Below, piece by piece: positions 57,101 through 64,000 of a stretch of 64,000 bases of DNA; within the stretch, counting starts at the first letter, position 1; every line of letters starts with the position of its first letter. The translations under genes were made by a program, and so were the position numbers. Under the pieces are notes generated by a model. The model was given only the letters and a program-made list of their open reading frames with translations, ran no database searches and had not been told where the DNA came from. The stretch is from Eledone cirrhosa (taxonomy: Eukaryota). The DNA is taken from assembly GCA_964016885.1 (NCBI GenBank), contig OZ024744.1, positions 51,646,001 through 51,710,000 on the forward strand, read 5' to 3'.

Positions 57101-60100
57101 GATGTCATTGGTGGAGTTATGGTACGGCTGTGAGACAGGAGTTAGAGAGAGATGTTGGTGCAGTTATGGTACGGCTGTGATACAAGAATGAGAAAAAGAT
57201 GTCGTTGGCGGAGTTATGGTAATGCTGTGAGACAGGAATGAGAGGAAGACGTCGTTGTTGGAGTTATGGTACGGTTGTGAGACAGCAGTGAGAGAAAGAT
57301 GTCATTGGGGGAGTTATGGTACGGCGGTGAGACAGGAATGAGAGAAAGACGTCGTTGGTTGAATTATGGTACGGCTGTGAGAGAGGAATGAGAGGAAGAC
57401 GTCGTTGGTGGAGTTATGGTATGGCTGTGAGACAGGAATGAGAGAAAGATGTCGTTGGTGGAGTTATGGTATGGTCGTGAGATAGGACTGAGAGAAAGAT
57501 GTCGTTGGTGGAGTTACGGTACGACTGTGAGACAGGAATGAGAGAAAGATGTCGTTGGTGGAATTATGGTACGGTTGTGAGACAGGAATGAGAGGAAGAT
57601 GTCGTTCGTGGAGTTATGGTATGGTTTTGAGACAAGAATGATAGAAAGATGTCGTTGGTGGAGTTATGGTACGGCTGTGAAAGAAATGAGAGAAAGATGT
57701 CGTTGGTGGAGTTATGGTACGGCTGTGAGTAGGAATGAGAGGAAGATGTCGTTGGTGGTGTTATTGTACGGCTGTGAAACAGGAATGAGAGAAAGACGTC
57801 GTTGGTGGAGTTATTGTACGGCTGTGAGAGAAATGAAAGAAAGACGTCGTTGCTGGAGTTATGGTACGGCTGTGAGACAGGAATGAGAGAAAGATTTTGT
57901 TGGTGGAGTTATGGTACGACTTTGAGACAGGAATCAGAGGAAAATGTCATTGGTAGAGTTATGGTACCGTCGAAGCTGGAGTTATTTTAAGGCTGTGAGA
58001 AAGGAATGAGAGAAAGATGTTGGTGGTGTTATGGTACGGCTGTGATACAAGAATGAGAAAAAGATGTCGTTGGCGGAGTTATGGTAATGCTGTGAGACAG
58101 GAATGAGAGGAAGACGTCGTTGTTGGAGTTATGGTACGGTTGTGAGACAGCAGTGAGAGAAAGATGTCATTGGTGGAGTTATGGTACGGCTGTGAGACAG
58201 GAGTTAGAGAAAGATGTTGGTGGAGTTATGGTACGGCTGTGATACAAGAATGAGAAAAAGATGTCGTTGGCGGAGTTATGGTAATGCTGTGAGACAGCAA
58301 TGAGAGGAAGACGTCGTTATTGGAGTTATGGTACGGTTGTGAGACAGCAGTGAGAGAAAGATGTCATTGGGGGAGTTATGGTACGGCGGTGAGACAGGAA
58401 TGAGAGAAAGACGTCGTTGGTTGAATTATGGTACGGCTGTGAGAGAGGAATGAGAGGAAGACGTCGTTGGTGGAGTTATGGTATGGCTGTGAGACAGGAA
58501 TGAGAGGAAGATCTCGTTGGTGGAGTTATGGTATGGTAGTGAGACAGGAATGAGAGAAAGACGTCGTGGGTGGAGTTATGGTACGGCTGTGAGAGAAATG
58601 AAAGAAAGACGTCGTTGCTGGAGTTATGGTACGGCTGTGAGACAGGAATGAGAGAAAGATTTTGTTGGTGGAGTTATGGTACGACTTTGAGACAGGAATC
58701 AGAGGAAAATGTCATTGGTAGAGTTATGGTACCGTCGAAGCTGGAGTTATTTTAAGGCTGTGAGAAAGGAATGAGAGAAAGATGTTGGTGGTGTTATGGT
58801 ACGGCTGTGATACAAGAATGAGAAAAAGATGTCGTTGGCGGAGTTATGGTAATGCTGTGAGACAGGAATGAGAGGAAGACGTCGTTGTTGGAGTTATGGT
58901 ACGGTTGTGAGACAGCAGTGAGAGAAAGATGTCATTGGTGGAGTTATGGTACGGCTGTGAGACAGGAGTTAGAGAAAGACGTCGTTACTGGAGTTATGGT
59001 ACGGCTGTGATACAAGAATGAGAAAAAGATGTCGTTGGCGGAGTTATGGTAATGCTGTGAGACAGGAATGAGAGGAAGACGTCGTTGTTGGAGTTATGGT
59101 ACGGTTGTGAGACAGCAGTGAGAGAAAGATGTCATTGGGGGAGTTATGGTACGGCGGTGAGACAGGAATGAGAGAAAGACGTCGTTGGTTGAATTATGGT
59201 ACGGCTGTGAGAGAGGAATGAGAGAAAGACGTCGTTGGTGGAGTTATGGTATGGCTGTGAGACAGGAATGAGAGAAAGATGTCGTTGGTGGAGTTATGGT
59301 ATGGTCGTGAGATAGGACTGAGAGAAAGATGTCGTTGGTGGAGTTACGGTACGTCTGTGAGACAGGAATGAGAGAAAGATGTCGTTGGTGGAATTATGGT
59401 ACGGTTGTGAGACAGGAATGAGAGGAAGATGTCGTTGTTGGAGTTATGGTACGGTTGTGAGACAGCAGTGAAAGAAAGATGTCATTGGTGGAGTTATGGT
59501 ACGGCTGTGAGACAGGAATGAGAGAAAGACGTCGTTGGTGGAGTTATGGTAATGCTGTGAGACAGGAATGAGAGGAAGACGTTGTTGGTGGATTTATGGT
59601 ACGGGTGTGAGAGAAATGAGAGAAAGATATCGTTGGTGGAGTTATGGTATGGCTGTGAGACAGGAATGAGAGGAAGACGTCATTGGTGGAATTATGGTAC
59701 GGTTGTGAGACAAGAATGAGAGAAAATGTCGTTGGTGGAGTTATGGTACGGCTGTGAGACAGGAATGAGAGAAAGACGTCGTTGGTGGAGTTATGGTACG
59801 GCTGTGAAAGAAATGAGAGAAAGATGTCGTTGGTGGAGTTATGGTACGGCTGTGAGTAGGAATGAGAGGAAGATGTCGTTGGTGGTGTTATGGTACGGCT
59901 GTGAAACAGGAATGAGAGAAAGACCTCGTTGGTGGAGTCATGGTACGGCTGTGAGAGAGGAATTAGAGGAAGACGTCGTTGGTGGAGTTATGGTATGGTT
60001 GTGAGACAGGAATGAGAGAAAGACGTCGTTGGTGGAGTTATGGTACGGTTGTGAGACAGGAATGAGAGGAAGACGTCATTGGTGGAGTTATGGTACTGCT

Positions 60101-63100
60101 GTGAGAGAGGAATGAGAGAAAGACGTCGCTGGTGAGGTTATGGTATGGTCGTGAGATAGGACTGAGAGAAAGATGTCGTTGGTGGAGTTACGGTACGGCT
60201 GTGAGACAGGAATGAGAGAAAGATGTCGTTGGTGGGGTTATGGTATGGTTTTGAGACAGGAATGAGACAAAGATGTCGTTGGTGGAGTTATGGTACGGTT
60301 GTGAGATAGGAATGAGGGAAAGACGTCGTTGGTGGAGTTATGGAATGGCTGTGAGTCAGGAATGAGAGGAAGGTGTCGTTGGTGGAGTTATGGTACGGCT
60401 GTGAGACAAGAATGAGAAAAAGATGTCGTTGGTGGAGTTATGGTAATGCTGTGAGACAGGAATGAGAGGAAGACGTCGTTGGTGGAGTTATGGTACGGTT
60501 ATGAGACAGTAATGAGAGGAAGACGTCGTTTTGGGAGTTATGGTACGGTTGTGAGACAGCAGTGAAAGAAAGATGTCATTGGTGGAGTTATGCTACGGCT
60601 GTGAGACAGGAATGAGAGAAAGACGTCGTTGGTGGAGATATGGTACGGCTGTGAGACAGGATTGAGTGGAAGATGTCATTGGTAGAGTTATGGTACCGTA
60701 GTTGCTGGAGTTATTTTAAGGCTGTGAGTCAGGAATGAGAGAAAGATGTCGTTGGTGGAGTTATGGTACGGCTGTGATACAAGAATGAGAAAAAGATGTC
60801 GTTGGTGGAATTATGGTACGGCTGTGAGACACGAATGAGAGGAAGATGTCGTTGGTGGAGTTATGGTACGGTTGTGAGACAGGAATGAGAGAAAGACGTC
60901 GTTGGTGGAGTTATGGTACGGCTGTGAGACAGGAATGAGAGGAAGACGTCGTTGGTGGAGTTATGGTACAGCTGTGAGACAGGAATGAGGGAAAGACGTC
61001 GTTGGTGGAGTTATGGTACGGCTGTGAGACAGGAATGAGAGGAAATGTCGTTGGTGGAGTTATGGTATGGTCGTGAGATAGGACTGAGAGAACGATGTCG
61101 TTGGTGGAGTTATAGTACGGCTGTGAGACAAGAATGAGAGGAAGATGTCGTTGGTGGAGTTATGGTACGGTTGTGAGACAGGAATGAGAGGAAGATGTCG
61201 TTGGTGGAGTTATGGTACGGCTGTGAGTTGGTGGAGTTATGGTACGGTTGTGAGACAGGAATGAGAGGAAGATGTCGATGGTGGAGTTATGGTACGGTTG
61301 TGAGATAGGAATGAGAGAAAGACGTCGTTGGTGGAGTTATGGTACGGCTGTGAGAGAAATGAAAGAAAGACGTCGTTGCTGGAGTTATGGTACGGCTGTG
61401 AGACAGGAATGAGAGAAAGATGTCGTTGGTGGTGTTATGGTACGGCTGTGAGACAGGAATGAGAGGAAGATCTCGTTGGTGGAGTTATGGTATGGTAGTG
61501 AGACAGGAATGAGAGAAAGACGTCGTTGTTGGAGTTACGGTACGGCTGTGAGAGAAATGAAAGAAAGACGTCGTTGCTGGAGTTATGGTACGGGTGTGAG
61601 ACAGGAATGAGAGAAAGATTTTGTTGGTGGAGTTATGGTACGACTTTGAGACAGGAATCAGAGGAAAATGTCATTGGTAGAGTTATGGTACCGTCGATGC
61701 TGGAGTTATTTTAAGGCTGTGAGAAAGGAATGAGAGAAAGATGTTGGTGGTGTTATGGTACGGCTGTGATACAAGAATGAGAAAAAGATGTCGTTGGCGG
61801 AGTTATGGTAATGCTGTGAGACAGGAATGAGAGGAAGACGTCGTTGTTGGAGTTATGGTACGGTTGTGAGACAGCAGTGAGAGAAAGATGTCATTGGTGG
61901 AGTTATGGTACGGCTGTGAGACAGGAGTTAGAGAGAGATGTTGGTGCAGTTATGGTACGGCTGTGATACAAGAATGAGAAAAAGATGTCGTTGGCGGAGT
62001 TATGGTAATGCTGTGAGACAGGAATGAGAGGAAGACGTCGTTGTTGGAGTTATGGTACGGTTGTGAGACAGCAGTGAGAGAAAGATGTCATTGGGGGAGT
62101 TATGGTACGGCGGTGAGACAGGAATGAGAGAAAGACGTCGTTGGTTGAATTATGGTACGGCTGTGAGAGAGGAATGAGAGGAAGACGTCGTTGGTGGAGT
62201 TATGGTATGGCTGTGAGACAGGAATGAGAGAAAGATGTCGTTGGTGGAGTTATGGTATGGTCGTGAGATAGGACTGAGAGAAAGATGTCGTTGGTGGAGT
62301 TACGGTACGACTGTGAGACAGGAATGAGAGAAAGATGTCGTTGGTGGAATTATGGTACGGTTGTGAGACAGGAATGAGAGGAAGATGTCGTTCGTGGAGT
62401 TATGGTATGGTTTTGAGACAAGAATGATAGAAAGATGTCGTTGGTGGAGTTATGGTACGGCTGTGAAAGAAATGAGAGAAAGATGTCGTTGGTGGAGTTA
62501 TGGTACGGCTGTGAGTAGGAATGAGAGGAAGATGTCGTTGGTGGTGTTATTGTACGGCTGTGAAACAGGAATGAGAGAAAGACGTCGTTGGTGGAGTTAT
62601 GGTACGGCTGTGAGAGAAATGAAAGAAAGACGTCGTTGCTGGAGTTATGGTACGGCTGTGAGACAGGAATGAGAGAAAGATTTTGTTGGTGGAGTTATGG
62701 TACGACTTTGAGACAGGAATCAGAGGAAAATGTCATTGGTAGAGTTATGGTACCGTCGAAGCTGGAGTTATTTTAAGGCTGTGAGAAAGGAATGAGAGAA
62801 AGATGTTGGTGGTGTTATGGTACGGCTGTGATACAAGAATGAGAAAAAGATGTCGTTGGCGGAGTTATGGTAATGCTGTGAGACAGGAATGAGAGGAAGA
62901 CGTCGTTGTTGGAGTTATGGTACGGTTGTGAGACAGCAGTGAGAGAAAGATGTCATTGGTGGAGTTATGGTACGGCTGTGAGACAGGAGTTAGAGAAAGA
63001 TGTTGGTGGAGTTATGGTACGGCTGTGATACAAGAATGAGAAAAAGATGTCGTTGGCGGAGTTATGGTAATGCTGTGAGACAGCAATGAGAGGAAGACGT

Positions 63101-64000
63101 CGTTATTGGAGTTATGGTACGGTTGTGAGACAGCAGTGAGAGAAAGATGTCATTGGGGGAGTTATGGTACGGCGGTGAGACAGGAATGAGAGAAAGACGT
63201 CGTTGGTTGAATTATGGTACGGCTGTGAGAGAGGAATGAGAGGAAGACGTCGTTGGTGGAGTTATGGTATGGCTGTGAGACAGGAATGAGAGGAAGATCT
63301 CGTTGGTGGAGTTATGGTATGGTAGTGAGACAGGAATGAGAGAAAGACGTCGTGGGTGGAGTTATGGTACGGCTGTGAGAGAAATGAAAGAAAGACGTCG
63401 TTGCTGGAGTTATGGTACGGCTGTGAGACAGGAATGAGAGAAAGATTTTGTTGGTGGAGTTATGGTACGACTTTGAGACAGGAATCAGAGGAAAATGTCA
63501 TTGGTAGAGTTATGGTACCGTCGAAGCTGGAGTTATTTTAAGGCTGTGAGAAAGGAATGAGAGAAAGATGTTGGTGGTGTTATGGTACGGCTGTGATACA
63601 AGAATGAGAAAAAGATGTCGTTGGCGGAGTTATGGTAATGCTGTGAGACAGGAATGAGAGGAAGACGTCGTTGTTGGAGTTATGGTACGGTTGTGAGACA
63701 GCAGTGAGAGAAAGATGTCATTGGTGGAGTTATGGTACGGCTGTGAGACAGGAGTTAGAGAAAGACGTCGTTACTGGAGTTATGGTACGGCTGTGATACA
63801 AGAATGAGAAAAAGATGTCGTTGGCGGAGTTATGGTAATGCTGTGAGACAGGAATGAGAGGAAGACGTCGTTGTTGGAGTTATGGTACGGTTGTGAGACA
63901 GCAGTGAGAGAAAGATGTCATTGGGGGAGTTATGGTACGGCGGTGAGACAGGAATGAGAGAAAGACGTCGTTGGTTGAATTATGGTACGGCTGTGAGAGA
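39184..64000. repeat. 50-bp tandem satellite, ~500 units, continues past the window end
   Basis: Consensus YGTCGTTGGTGGAGTTATGGTACGGCTGTGAGACAGGAATGAGAGRAAGA; shorter variant units are interspersed. Confidence 0.97.

Noticed and set aside
41830-63541. Short MVELWYG.../RRRWWSYG... ORFs in the satellite
   Set aside because: Translations of the 50-bp unit, whose length is not a multiple of 3; stops occur in most units.
39184-64000. CRISPR-like regular repeat
   Set aside because: No unique spacers, no cas genes, eukaryotic context. The same applies to the 35-bp array.

Overview
Eukaryotic, repeat-dominated animal DNA. The SINE and microsatellite style suggest a cephalopod (octopus-like) genome, but that is inference. 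No confident host gene was found. Positions ~1.2-32.4 kb are one (ATT)n microsatellite inflated by nine stacked retroelement insertions, each separated only by (ATT)n. Four are full-length, intact, nearly identical L1/Tx1-like LINEs (ORF1 zinc knuckle; ORF2 APE-RT-CCHC), three of them head-to-tail. The others are one 5'-inverted fragment of that LINE, one tRNA-type SINE carrying that LINE's 3' tail, and three 5'-truncated R4/Dong-type (RT + restriction-like endonuclease) elements from two families. All Tx1/SINE 3' ends point one way (+) and all Dong elements point the other way (-). Downstream are triplet low-complexity tracts, (CT)/(GA) microsatellites, a 35-bp minisatellite and a >24.8-kb 50-bp satellite with higher-order repeats that runs off the window end. 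Main leads: (1) a self-renewing two-strand microsatellite landing-pad community; (2) a Kozak-perfect antisense ATG in the Tx1 5' end that is in frame with both abutting truncated Dong ORFs; (3) a cryptic intron that would fuse ORF1 and ORF2 in frame; (4) a 379-bp inverted repeat able to form dsRNA.
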